A stretch of 64,000 nucleotides of DNA from a virus (IMGVR_UViG_3300014203_000001:160001-224000); one strand, 5' to 3'; shown: positions 9,604 to 19,528, counted from the first letter of the stretch. Numbers and translations are program-made. The notes: generated by a model from the sequence alone, not told the origin.

Positions 9604-11433
9604 CTAAAAATTGATCTTAGCTTTATAATTTCCTGTAATAAATTTAACTTCTAGTTTACTAGGAGAATTATATCTTACTTCATAATCAATACCATTAACT
9701 GCTTGTTTCCATACTGCTAATCCATCATATTGATATGCTATATTATCATTGAACAAAGAATCTGTAGTTTTATCCATATCAAAGATAGTGGCAAATCTAA
9801 CAAGTCTATTATTTAATGCAATACTAATATCATTCCATGGTAGAGCATCGAAATTTGTTTTGTCTAATCCATCTGATAATAATCTAGTCATAGCTTCCGT
9901 GGTAGGAACAAATCTATCTCCTACTATAGAGCCATCTAAAACATTAGCCGTGTCTAGAATATTTATAAATGCTCCATCTTTATAAGTCTTCCAAGTAACG
10001 CCTTTATCCACACTAAAGATGTACTTAGCCATACTATTGCCAGTAACACTATTAGCAATACCATTGTTAATATGAACCCAATCTAAATTACTAGCATTAG
10101 TAAGATCTATATCTCCAGTAGCATATATAAATTGAGATTTAGGAGTAGCTACTATTGAAGGGGTGTAAGTATCAGGTAAGGTAGTCTTAAAAGGAACTTC
10201 ATTAATTACCACTTTATTAGATACAGCACTATCGGTGAATACTAATAACGTGAAGTTGATTAAACCCTCTAGTTCTGATACTGGTGGGAATTCACTAGAG
10301 GTAAATAAAGCTTGTTTTTCTGTATTAGTAAGAGTACTAAAACTAGAAGAAACTTCTGTTAAAACCCCACTTATAGTAGAATATGCTTTATCTTCTTTAA
10401 TAATAAGAAAAGTTGCATTTTTTTGTTCTACTAAAAGTACTGGACGGAATCCACTCTCTAATTGATTTATGATATTAGTTGCTATATAACTACTTCCAGA
10501 TATACTGCTATACCCTCTTACTGTTACATATCCCGCTCCATAGGTATTTCCCGAGGAAGTACCACTCCAACAATTAGTTGCATTCCATATAGAGTTGCCA
10601 CCAGCTATAATTGTATTATTTAAAGCTGATTCTACTATAATTTTATCCCATTCATTATCTTTATCAGTATTATTAACACCGCCAGATAATAACCTAAGAG
10701 TATATCCAGGCACACCATCTATATCAATATGTAAACCGCTACTACTTGCAACACCTGCGGTATTTAATGTGTCCCATGAAATACTATGCTGAATGTTTCT
10801 ATCAGGAACCAATTTCATTCTTCCTAATGAATCATACCCAACCATAATAAAATATGCTGTTCCATCTGGAGTTCCAGATGAAGATACTGGTATTTCTTCC
10901 GCCGCAGAAGTGCCTAATTGATCGATAGTTCCGAATGTATTAACAGTATCTGCTTTGTAATGAAATGCTATTCTATCTCCAATTATCATGCTGTTTGTAT
11001 CAGTTTTTGTTCTATATAACCAATGCCCAGCAAGCACGGCAGTAGATGCAATCTCAACTGCATATATACCAAAATACGCTGCTGATGTAGTAGTCACTGG
11101 TGTTATGATAACAGTGTGTAGTGTGTCAGCCAATCCAGTAATATTAAAAACTAATGTGTTTTCCTGATTCTTTGTATTAACGACAACATCTGGATATCGT
11201 ACACCATCGATAGATACAGCTAAAGTATATCTATCGCTCCAAGCACAATGTATTAAACGCATCATAGTTCCTGTGAATTCAAACTTTATTTTAGCATCTG
11301 CAATAGTGCTAGTTACATAGTCATGTGTATCATCAAACCAATTTATCCCATAATACTCTATATTAGCGTTATTATATAGATATCTAGACCATCCAGTTTC
11401 TGGACTTAATAATTGATCTCCTATATTAGCCAT
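9604..11433 (-). CDS. Multidomain tail / receptor-binding protein
   Basis: MANIG beta-sandwich domain plus a lectin-like domain (DRNIQHSISWDTLN..NEWDKII..GFRPVL) shared with 12920..13972. Confidence 0.65.
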   Translation of the reverse strand: MANIGDQLLSPETGWSRYLYNNANIEYYGINWFDDTHDYVTSTIADAKIKFEFTGTMMRLIHCAWSDRYTLAVSIDGVRYPDVVVNTKNQENTLVFNITGLADTLHTVIITPVTTTSAAYFGIYAVEIASTAVLAGHWLYRTKTDTNSMIIGDRIAFHYKADTVNTFGTIDQLGTSAAEEIPVSSSGTPDGTAYFIMVGYDSLGRMKLVPDRNIQHSISWDTLNTAGVASSSGLHIDIDGVPGYTLRLLSGGVNNTDKDNEWDKIIVESALNNTIIAGGNSIWNATNCWSGTSSGNTYGAGYVTVRGYSSISGSSYIATNIINQLESGFRPVLLVEQKNATFLIIKEDKAYSTISGVLTEVSSSFSTLTNTEKQALFTSSEFPPVSELEGLINFTLLVFTDSAVSNKVVINEVPFKTTLPDTYTPSIVATPKSQFIYATGDIDLTNASNLDWVHINNGIANSVTGNSMAKYIFSVDKGVTWKTYKDGAFINILDTANVLDGSIVGDRFVPTTEAMTRLLSDGLDKTNFDALPWNDISIALNNRLVRFATIFDMDKTTDSLFNDNIAYQYDGLAVWKQAVNGIDYEVRYNSPSKLEVKFITGNYKAKINF

Positions 11434-11450
11434 TTAATATTCACTCCTTT

Positions 11451-11503
11451 CTAATAAAATAAATTACTTGCTTTAGAATTTGTTTCTAAGTATTGGAATA
11501 CTG
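11451..11503 (-). repeat. 53-bp direct repeat, copy A (orphaned gene 3' end)
   Basis: 51/53 identical to 12920..12972; encodes VFQYLETNSKASNLFY*. Confidence 0.95.
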
Positions 11504-11522
11504 TTATACGAATCACGACCAA

Positions 11523-12911
11523 TCATCTCCCGTTGAATTTTTTATGCTCATTTTCTAAAATAGAATCGATATTATTGAATTCCCAATATGGAATTCGAAT
11601 TAATATTATATTATTATTAGAGCAGTATTCATTTTTAATATTATCGTGTTTTATTTGCCTTTCAAATTTTTCTTTTATTTTTATTTCATCCTTTTCACCA
11701 AAAGATACAGGGGAAAAATGATGCTCTCCATCATATTCTATTAAATATTGCAATTTATCATTATCAAATACAGCAAAATCAAATGGGAGAGGGTTTATGT
11801 TTTTGCAGTTTTCTATAATATATTGTGTTTTGTATTGAGAATTATTAGTTTCTAAATACTTTGTTATTATTTTTTCTCCATTAGAAATATTATGATAATT
11901 ACATTGTCGTTTGTTGTTATTTTTGAAGAGGTCATACGTGGCGTTAAAAATATTACCACAGTGGCATTTTATTTCTAACGGTTCTATGCTTCCTAGATAT
12001 TCTCCACTTATTAAAATACAACTACTACAACTTTCAATTTCTATGAAATTTTTGACTTCCTCATAGGTAGCCATTCGATTTTTCATAGAGCAAGAATAAC
12101 ACCATGCCTTTTTTCTTTCTTTTAATCTTCGCAAATTAGTTTCAAATGTTTCATGTTTACATACACTACATAACAAGATTAAAGTAACTTCATTAGGCGA
12201 TATATTATTTTCCCACACTTGAGTTTTGTATTCACTCTCACACGTTAACAGTATGCACCCACTTATATTTTCAACTTCATATTTTAAATCTTCAAATGAA
12301 CGGACTCTGTATCCCCTTCTGCTACCCAATCCACAGTTATCACATTGTTTTTTACTATGCTTCCCATCGTAACTGCAAAATTTACTAAAAGATGTTTCGA
12401 ATATTTCACCACACTTGCATCGAATTTGTAATATAGAAGAATTATTTTCAAATTCTATACTAGTAGATATTAGTATACACTCGCTTCCACTATCTATTTC
12501 TATAAATTCCTTGATTTCTTGAAAAGTGATACCCTTCTTATTATTTCTACATTTTCGGCATTTATTAATGCCTTTTTTGAAATGAGAAAATGTAGTCTCG
12601 AAGTTGTTTCCACATGAACATTGCACTTCTATTTTAGAATTTACGCCTTGATAGTTTTCACTGGATGTAATTAGTTCACATCCAGCTTGTTGTATCGTAT
12701 CGATTACTGTATTTATATTAATAAAACTACCCGAACATTGTTTACATCTAATCTGATTTTTATTTTTAAACCGATTAAATGTTGTTATATATTCTTCACC
12801 GCACGAACATCGTACGGTGATATCTGAAAGTATATCTTTATACTCTCCGACTAAGTTACAACCTACATCATTTATATATTTTTTAATATCCTCTAAATTA
12901 AATTTTTTCAT
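11523..12911 (-). mobile_element. Free-standing putative homing endonuclease: Zn-ribbon repeats plus PD-(D/E)XK/Vsr-like domain
   Basis: Five CxC/CxxC..F..F..CxxC repeats; C-terminal LPFDFAV..LIEYDGEHH..HDNIKNEYC..LIRIPYW; flanked by 53-bp direct repeats. Confidence 0.8.
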
Positions 12912-12919
12912 TGTCGCTC

Positions 12920-12972
12920 CTAATAAAATAAATTACTTGCTTTAGCGTTTGTTTCTAAGTATTGGAATACTG
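12920..12972 (-). repeat. 53-bp direct repeat, copy B (functional gene 3' end)
   Basis: Encodes VFQYLETNAKASNLFY*. Confidence 0.95.
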
Positions 12973-13972
12973 GTCTGAAACCTATAGTATTATTAGAGGT
13001 AGCAGACGCTATCTGATTAAACGAATCTTGTTTTCTATTTACCCTATTAGTAGAAGCTCCAATATTTAGAATAGGAGTATCTTGCATCCAACTTGATATA
13101 GTATCGTGATGCCATAAATTTGGATCATTTGATTTTTTAATATATTTGTCCCATTCATTGTTATTAGGAAAAGCTCCTAGGTTTTGATCCGTTAATGATG
13201 ATTTACCATCTAGCCCTAGATAAGCATTACCGCCAGTAATGGAACGAATTAAACAATCATTAAATATAAGAGAACTTATTCCATCTATTGCTACTTCAGA
13301 AATACCCAAATTTGCGTTAACGATGGTATTTTTGATATCGTAAATCTTTACAAAGTTACAAGTAGCTGTAATTGCATATGATTGCTGAGTGTATGAATCA
13401 ATTGCCTTACTCCCCGCGCTAGTCCATGTAGAACCATCAATAGATGTCAATACCTCAAATGAGTTCATTCCTGTCTCGACTCTTATTGTAATATTAAAAG
13501 AATCAACTTGCTTACCCAATTTAAACGTTATACTTCTTTGTTCTGCAGTATAAGATGATATATTTCCCTGATAAATTAACCCCATGTAAGCAAAACTAGT
13601 TGTACTTCCATCACATATACTAGTTAAAGGATAAGTAGTGGAAAATTGTGATGGAGAGTAAGGATACTGCATGTGGGGATATCCTTGAATTAATTTAGCT
13701 GCGTTTAATACATCCCATGAAATATTAGTTTGAACGACTCTATCACATATAGCTAAACCTTTATCTACTTTAACTGCATATGCATAGCCATTAGGAGCAT
13801 TAGTTCCAATAATAGGTATTTCATTAGCTTGAGCGATAGCTAAATCGGCACCTATATCTGATATTATTGGAGCTGCACCACTAGCGCCTACTGCTTTAAA
13901 TGCTATATAATCTCCTATTTGCATATCTTCCATTTTAGTTCTAAATTGTCCTGATGTTGCAGGAATTGGCAT
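12920..13972 (-). CDS. Tail protein with lectin-like scaffold and inserted discoidin/F5-8-type-C-like domain
   Basis: ISWDVLN..[FEVLTSIDGSTWT..ISEVAIDG insert]..NNEWDKYI..GFRPVF. Confidence 0.6.
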   Translation of the reverse strand: MPIPATSGQFRTKMEDMQIGDYIAFKAVGASGAAPIISDIGADLAIAQANEIPIIGTNAPNGYAYAVKVDKGLAICDRVVQTNISWDVLNAAKLIQGYPHMQYPYSPSQFSTTYPLTSICDGSTTSFAYMGLIYQGNISSYTAEQRSITFKLGKQVDSFNITIRVETGMNSFEVLTSIDGSTWTSAGSKAIDSYTQQSYAITATCNFVKIYDIKNTIVNANLGISEVAIDGISSLIFNDCLIRSITGGNAYLGLDGKSSLTDQNLGAFPNNNEWDKYIKKSNDPNLWHHDTISSWMQDTPILNIGASTNRVNRKQDSFNQIASATSNNTIGFRPVFQYLETNAKASNLFY

Positions 13973-13983
13973 AATAATCCCTC

Positions 13984-14310
13984 CTAAATTTCTACTATAT
14001 TGATACTATTTACTTTTGCATATATACTCAGATCTATATCTAATGTTTTACAAGAACCGCTATCTAAAGGCATATCTGCAGAGATATTATTTTCTACAGA
14101 TATTGAATCTGCTTGTTTAGATGCCAATACATCAATATTATCAGCACCGGTTAATGTAACTAATGCTTGAAAGTTAGTTATACTTACACTAGTAACTCCA
14201 CTTTTAATAAACATAGAATCTGTTGGTTCTCCATTTCCTAATACGGTCCACGTTGTTCCATTAAAAGTATAGATATCTAAATTGGGTGTTTGAAAAAGAA
14301 ACTTATTCAT
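13984..14310 (-). CDS. Small tail-cluster protein
   Basis: 108 aa, packed within the operon. Confidence 0.6.
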   Translation of the reverse strand: MNKFLFQTPNLDIYTFNGTTWTVLGNGEPTDSMFIKSGVTSVSITNFQALVTLTGADNIDVLASKQADSISVENNISADMPLDSGSCKTLDIDLSIYAKVNSINIVEI

Positions 14311-15414
14311 TTATAACACCACACTTTCTATATTCTTATATTTAGAAATGTTTATATTACTTCTATAATATAAACAATCTGGATTTGTGGTTACTGGAGT
14401 TTTTGCTAAAGCAAAATTAGTTTTTAATTGCATTTTTCCTCCACTAAACTCTACGAACTCACTATCATAGTTAAAGCTACTAGCTTCCCCATTATTAAAC
14501 TCATTTACTGTAGCCACTATATCTTGTGAGCCTTGCTCCTCTACTAATACAGTAGGTGCAATAAAGTTATAATTAGGGGTATTTGTCAGATCTAATACTT
14601 TTTTCGATCCTGGTAATATTACACTAGCGCTAGACCATTGAGCATTAGCTCCTAAACCACCAGCAACCACTGTTCCAGCAGAATATCTATCATAGAAAGA
14701 TCCTATAAATGTATAAGTATAAGTCGTAGCATTGTACGTATAGTATGTTCTTTCACCATTGTTATTTTCATCTGCTGTTACTATATAATTGTAACCATCT
14801 GTAGGATTGGATAAATTGAATAGATCTTGATATGTAGCGAATTCTCCACCCCGCACTCCAGCACTAGAAGTCAATGGCTCCCATTTAGCATTAATTAAAC
14901 GATAAGAGCAAGGAGTCCCATCTATATCAGATACTACAGTTACCATCATTCCTTCATGTTTAACATTAGAAGGAATAGCATCTCTAGCTGCTAGGTTAGC
15001 TACCTCATGATAACCACCAACAATCATACTAGAATCATGAGTAGTAGGATGAATATATGGAGTAGGAAGAGAATTCGATTCCACAACAGTATTATCAGAT
15101 TTGGTAATAACAATCTTATTATCAGAAACTGCAACCGATTGGATATCTACACCTGCTGTATTTTCTTCTCCCCAGTCGGTATTGGTAGTATTACCTTCTG
15201 GGTTTGTTTTTAAAGTATATGTTTTGTTATCTTCTAATACTGATACTTTCATTAATACTTTTCTTCTCTCTACAGAGATAGTATTACGTTCGGCGATTGT
15301 AGATACTACTCTATATCCACCTTTACCATAGGTGTCTTCATGTGTTGCAAAAGGATCTTGATCTGTAAAAGGAACTATTTGTGCTGCTACATTCGTTCCT
15401 CGTAAATTAGCCAT
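14311..15414 (-). CDS. Tail fibre-like protein
   Basis: N-terminal MANLRGTNVAA..PFTDQDPFATH anchor shared with 8667..9521; internal repeat of the GGYhxV..xAER/ARDAI motif; YIHPTTH. Confidence 0.65.
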   Translation of the reverse strand: MANLRGTNVAAQIVPFTDQDPFATHEDTYGKGGYRVVSTIAERNTISVERRKVLMKVSVLEDNKTYTLKTNPEGNTTNTDWGEENTAGVDIQSVAVSDNKIVITKSDNTVVESNSLPTPYIHPTTHDSSMIVGGYHEVANLAARDAIPSNVKHEGMMVTVVSDIDGTPCSYRLINAKWEPLTSSAGVRGGEFATYQDLFNLSNPTDGYNYIVTADENNNGERTYYTYNATTYTYTFIGSFYDRYSAGTVVAGGLGANAQWSSASVILPGSKKVLDLTNTPNYNFIAPTVLVEEQGSQDIVATVNEFNNGEASSFNYDSEFVEFSGGKMQLKTNFALAKTPVTTNPDCLYYRSNINISKYKNIESVVL

Positions 15415-15438
15415 TTAGTTAGCCTCCTTTATATGTAT

Positions 15439-15507
15439 TATTAATATGTGCCATGAAAATATATACTGAATGTATTAAGATTTCATTTACAAGCATACAA
15501 ATTAATA
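15439..15507. promoter_or_regulatory. Divergent pair of NACA-N6-TA promoter-like motifs
   Basis: CACA-TATTAA-TA on minus (15439..15450) and TACA-AATTAA-TA on plus (15496..15507). Confidence 0.5.
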
Positions 15508-15529
15508 ATATAAAAGGGGGACGATAAAT

Positions 15530-16366
15530 ATGTATAACGAGCAGACAGAAAACAAATCATTCTTAGAAATGAGCAAATTTCTAAAGATGTCAGGTGTAAA
15601 GAATAATATGTTTATGCTAGAGTAGAGTAAATCTTTGCCAGATCCGCATAGCTCGCCACAATCTGAAAGAGAAGATATAATAAATGAATGTAAAAATAAT
15701 ATCTGGTACTTCTTACGAGAAGTAGTAAGAATACCACAACCTAACGGAGGATCTAGTAGATTTGAACTGAACCCTGCTAATATGGCTACCATATTTCTTC
15801 TATTAAAAGGAGTAAATATATACGAATTGGGATGTAGACAAACATCGCATAAAACAATTACTACTTTATTATATATGGTATGGAAGGAAAATCTTATAAT
15901 TTTTGATAAAAGTCATAGTATTAAACACCACGAATCTATGATAATAAATATCTATAGATATCTACCGTCTTATATTAAAGATTCGCAAATGCCTAGACTA
16001 TTCATAAACCCAAAAGATAAACCTTTATATTGGTACGATGAAGCCGAAACTATTGGTAAGGATTTAAACCAATTAGAGCTATCGCACATATCAGAAGAAA
16101 CTAAAGAGAATCAGATTATTATAACAACAACCGTTGGGAAAGAAGAAAATATTGCACTATCAAATATAAGAAATAAATGCAAACCATTCTTTCTTAAATG
16201 GTATGATGCTACAGACAATGGCGTATTTCCTGACTGGGTATTATTAGAATTCAATGCCGACGCCCTTGGTAAGACAGAACAGTGGAAAGATGATATATTT
16301 AGATATTTAAATACCGATCGAGAATCGTATAATAGAGAAATATTATTAATCAGAGAAGGAGAATAA
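15530..16366 (+). pseudogene. Terminase large subunit ATPase-domain paralog with an in-frame TAG
   Basis: RBS aaggggg, ATG 15530, NKSFLEM..GVKNNMFMLE, TAG at 15623-15625, then ECKNNIWYFLREVVRIP, degenerate Walker A CRQTSHKT, Walker B WYDEAE, IIITTT and REILL; no nuclease domain. Confidence 0.7.
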
Positions 16367-16896
16367 TGATGCCAAATATAAACTGGAAAGAAATAATAGA
16401 GAAGATAAATTCTATTATTGACTACGGAAAATGTGCTGATACTTTTTCCAGTTCAATGTATGGATTTTTGATAGTAACCAAATCTCCAGTAGAATCGTTG
16501 GATGTAGTATTAGAGTATGGGTTTAAAGGATTACAATGGGAAAATGTAATATATAATTTCAATATGATGGTACAAGAATTTACTATAAGAATTCATATAC
16601 CTAAGAATGTATACGAAAGAAATGTATTTGAATCTTTATTAAAAGAGAACGATGAAAATCTTACATATGAAGATACATTTAATTTATTTTACATATTGAC
16701 TAATAATACTTGTCTAAAAGTAACGGGAGCTTATCACATTCCTAGATCTTTTATAACTTCTATAAAAGATACAATAGTAGAAGATACTATTGTATTAGAT
16801 TTAGGATTTGAAGGTGTTCCTATTTCTGGTGATGATATAGTTCAAGTAGCGCAAACTGTTATAGATAGGATAAATAAAGACACCGTGTTTAATTAG
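16366..16896 (+). CDS. Hypothetical protein
   Basis: 176 aa; translationally coupled to the upstream gene. Confidence 0.7.
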   Translation: MMPNINWKEIIEKINSIIDYGKCADTFSSSMYGFLIVTKSPVESLDVVLEYGFKGLQWENVIYNFNMMVQEFTIRIHIPKNVYERNVFESLLKENDENLTYEDTFNLFYILTNNTCLKVTGAYHIPRSFITSIKDTIVEDTIVLDLGFEGVPISGDDIVQVAQTVIDRINKDTVFN

Positions 16897-16906
16897 AAAT
16901 AATCAG

Positions 16907-16926
16907 TTATATATTATATATGTGAA
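16907..16926 (+). promoter_or_regulatory. Early promoter-like motif (copy 3)
   Basis: TTATATATTATA-tatg-TGAA. Confidence 0.7.
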
Positions 16927-16949
16927 TATAATATAGGAGGTTTAGTAAA

Positions 16950-17171
16950 ATGAAAAAGTTTATCTTATTATTAACCTTGGTATCTCTGCAGTATAATGTA
17001 CTAGAAGGAGATACTATACAAAGCATTGCAGAGAAGTTCTGTAATAGCAATAACAAAATTGAAGTTGCTATTTTCCGAGAAGGGATACGTGAAATTAATT
17101 ACGATATCATTGGGAATAGAGAAGTAACAAAAGGTATTACACTTCAGATCAATAGATTCGAGGAGATGTAA
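16950..17171 (+). CDS. LysM-like small protein with hydrophobic N-terminus
   Basis: YNVLEGDTIQSIAEKF..IREIN..GITLQI. Confidence 0.7.
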   Translation: MKKFILLLTLVSLQYNVLEGDTIQSIAEKFCNSNNKIEVAIFREGIREINYDIIGNREVTKGITLQINRFEEM

Positions 17172-17172
17172 T

Positions 17173-17403
17173 ATGAGCAATGTTAGCAAGAGCCAAAGAG
17201 AGGATAAGATCAGAAGCCAAATGGCTGAATTGTTTGCAAAACTAACTCTATTAGAAAGTGATGGCTCTATGGGTATATCAAACTTTCTAATGAATAGAGG
17301 AGTACACTATAAAGATGCTAGAGATAGGGCTAATCAAAAGTTTAATATCAGAAAGAAAATAGAATTTCTTAAAAGAAAATTAACAAAACTGGAAGGAATG
17401 TAA
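17173..17403 (+). CDS. Hypothetical basic protein
   Basis: RBS gaggag; 76 aa. Confidence 0.65.
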   Translation: MSNVSKSQREDKIRSQMAELFAKLTLLESDGSMGISNFLMNRGVHYKDARDRANQKFNIRKKIEFLKRKLTKLEGM

Positions 17404-17405
17404 AC

Positions 17406-17831
17406 ATGCTAAATAGATACAAAACAAATAAAGTTAGTGCCATTCTAGGAATAAACGCTGGATATGATTGCGGTAAACCTTTAAATGATGCACGCAGTAT
17501 ATTATGCGATATATCTGCAAGATATCAACGTATTGCGGAAAAGAACTTCTTGGAATATAAGAAAGAAACTGGATTTGAGTGCTACGTATCAGCAGTTATA
17601 TCTGATGTAAATTGTACTGTATATAGAGAAGAATGGGGATGCCCAAAAGGAGGAGAAGCTACCTTTTCTATTGAATGTACTAGAAACCCACAGTTTATTT
17701 CCGATAATGAATTATATGAAGAAATGGCTACTAAGAATATTCTAGAACTGAAAGACGAATTAAAACAATCTACAGTTCTAATAGAGTATCATGAGATTGC
17801 TTGTTCCTACGTAACTGCACAAAATAAATAA
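17406..17831 (+). CDS. Hypothetical protein, paralog family P1
   Basis: Aligns by eye with 51133, 53084 and 53516. Confidence 0.7.
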   Translation: MLNRYKTNKVSAILGINAGYDCGKPLNDARSILCDISARYQRIAEKNFLEYKKETGFECYVSAVISDVNCTVYREEWGCPKGGEATFSIECTRNPQFISDNELYEEMATKNILELKDELKQSTVLIEYHEIACSYVTAQNK

Positions 17832-17834
17832 TGC

Positions 17835-17880
17835 TTATATATTATAGTTATGAACCAGTATACAATTTGTATACTGGTTA
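17835..17880 (+). promoter_or_regulatory. Early promoter-like motif (copy 4) plus perfect hairpin
   Basis: TTATATATTATA-gtta-TGAA followed by aaccagtatac-aattt-gtatactggtt. Confidence 0.65.
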
Positions 17881-17901
17881 CTTTATTTTTGGGAGGAATA
17901 T

Positions 17902-18204
17902 ATGCATATATGCAGTAGAAATGAATGTAAAGACTTTGAATCTTGTGGTAAAGTAAACTGGTGTAATCGTGGCAACAAACCAATAGGATTTACAATCAAT
18001 ATGCTAAATGGAAATCAATTATCCTTCCACGAAAGAGTATTCTTATTGCTTAAGAAACTCGAAGGAAGTGGATATTTACTACGTTCCAGGTCAGCTGGAT
18101 ACGATGTTAATACTGGATTATGCCCAATTTGTGGTAAAAGAGATTCACATACTAACGAATGTGAATTAGGTAAATTATTAGAAGAGTGTAAAGGGGATAA
18201 ATAA
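17902..18204 (+). CDS. Cys/His-rich putative Zn-binding protein
   Basis: N-terminal Cys cluster and CPIC..H...C. Confidence 0.65.
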   Translation: MHICSRNECKDFESCGKVNWCNRGNKPIGFTINMLNGNQLSFHERVFLLLKKLEGSGYLLRSRSAGYDVNTGLCPICGKRDSHTNECELGKLLEECKGDK

Positions 18205-18206
18205 TA

Positions 18207-18584
18207 ATGAATAAAGAAAAAGTAATTGTTTTAGATGAAAATGGATTGCCTATATACGAGGAGTGCTCATATATTAAAGTATGTAATGATAATCTAAGCG
18301 ATGTTGAAGATTTCTTAGATGCCAATAATATTCCATATAAATCATTTGCTGAAGCAGGAAGAGCTTTCTGTGAAGACGAAGCTGAGTTCAGATTCAGATC
18401 TGAGATCAGGGAAACTGAAAAAGATGAGATGGCAGTATACCAAAAAGCTATCAATATGAAAGATGAAAATAAAGATCTTTTATTTGATATACTTTGTGAT
18501 GGTGGAATGTTAGACGACGATTATATTTGTACAGTAATATCAGATATATTTAAAGATAATATGGAGAGTGATGAAGATGATTAA
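18207..18584 (+). CDS. Acidic hypothetical protein, tandem paralog of 18577
   Basis: FLDANNIPYKSFAEAGRAFCEDEAE. Confidence 0.7.
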   Translation: MNKEKVIVLDENGLPIYEECSYIKVCNDNLSDVEDFLDANNIPYKSFAEAGRAFCEDEAEFRFRSEIRETEKDEMAVYQKAINMKDENKDLLFDILCDGGMLDDDYICTVISDIFKDNMESDEDD

Positions 18585-19122
18585 ACTTACAGACGTTCAC
18601 GGAATAAGTAGAGCTGAAAAGACAATTTATATTCAGGTGAATTCTAGCGAACAACATGAAGCGACAAAACTATTAGTAGATAATAATATATCTTATAAAA
18701 CATTTGATACTGCTAGTCATGCTTTTTGTGAAAAACTAGCAGAAGCGGAATTAAGAGGAATTGCCCAGTCTGAGGGGTTCACTGAAGACACACAAGATTT
18801 AATGGCTATATTTTATCGCGATCAGGTAGGAAAGGGTTTAACTGAAAATATAGGCTCTTTTATAGATAATGGATTAGTTTCTAATATAGCAACTGATATT
18901 TATTATGAAGATATAGTAGAAAGAGTTGAAGTGGGATCTGATGAGGCTTTAGAATTAGCTAAAAAATTAAAAGAGAACTTCGAAAAACAATATAATGAAG
19001 TAAAAGATAAAACTGGAAAAGAATTGGATATTACTACCAAAAGTATAACAGAAGTAATTCCTAATTGTCTTAGAAAAATTGAAGCTATATTATCTAAACC
19101 AGCTGAAAATTCTAAGGTGTAA
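18577..19122 (+). CDS. Hypothetical protein, tandem paralog of 18207
   Basis: LLVDNNISYKTFDTASHAFCEKLAE. Confidence 0.7.
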   Translation: MIKLTDVHGISRAEKTIYIQVNSSEQHEATKLLVDNNISYKTFDTASHAFCEKLAEAELRGIAQSEGFTEDTQDLMAIFYRDQVGKGLTENIGSFIDNGLVSNIATDIYYEDIVERVEVGSDEALELAKKLKENFEKQYNEVKDKTGKELDITTKSITEVIPNCLRKIEAILSKPAENSKV

Positions 19123-19218
19123 CATAAATAATATATAAAAGGTATTACACTCGTAATACCTTTATTTTTTATCTTCAAGAATATACAATGATACAATACG
19201 TAGTGTATAATTTTTGAG

Positions 19219-19238
19219 TTATATATTATATAACTGAG
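19219..19238 (+). promoter_or_regulatory. Early promoter-like motif (copy 5)
   Basis: TTATATATTATA-taac-TGAG. Confidence 0.75.
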
Positions 19239-19260
19239 TAAAAATATTAGGAGGATTACA

Positions 19261-19521
19261 ATGAACGAATTAGTAAAATTATTAAATCAAATTGAGGCGG
19301 ATACCTCTATCGAGGATATCAAAACCTCAAAGGAAAATCCTTTAGTAAAGAAAGCCGTATCCGTGGCTAATAGAGTATTAGCAATACCACCAAAACCATC
19401 TGTAGAAATTATAATGAAAATGCAGAAAGCTGGATATGTAGTATATCCAGGGGAAAGAGATTCGTTCGGATGGGTAATCGGTTGTATAGAAACGAAGAAA
19501 GGTACTATTGTATTCGGATAA
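19261..19521 (+). CDS. Hypothetical protein
   Basis: RBS aggagg; GERDSFGWVIGCIETKKG. Confidence 0.7.
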   Translation: MNELVKLLNQIEADTSIEDIKTSKENPLVKKAVSVANRVLAIPPKPSVEIIMKMQKAGYVVYPGERDSFGWVIGCIETKKGTIVFG

Positions 19522-19528
19522 GGAGAGA

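Noticed and set aside
6523-13972. Diversity-generating retroelement acting on the lectin-fold (GFRPV / SRL) tail genes
   Set aside because: There is no reverse transcriptase in the window. The only repeat (53 bp) lies downstream of the would-be variable region, has just two differences, and is better explained by the endonuclease insertion.
6295-15414. Invertase-driven shufflon
   Set aside because: All modules are on one strand, and no recombinase or inverted crossover sites were seen.
15623-15625. Genome-wide amber (TAG) recoding
   Set aside because: TAG acts as a true stop elsewhere (1364, 6255, 38467, 47484, 63584), followed by terminators or the next RBS, and long core genes contain no internal TAG.
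19261-19521. IPPKP match to the helicase tail repeats
   Set aside because: It lacks the IIAERV core and is probably coincidental.
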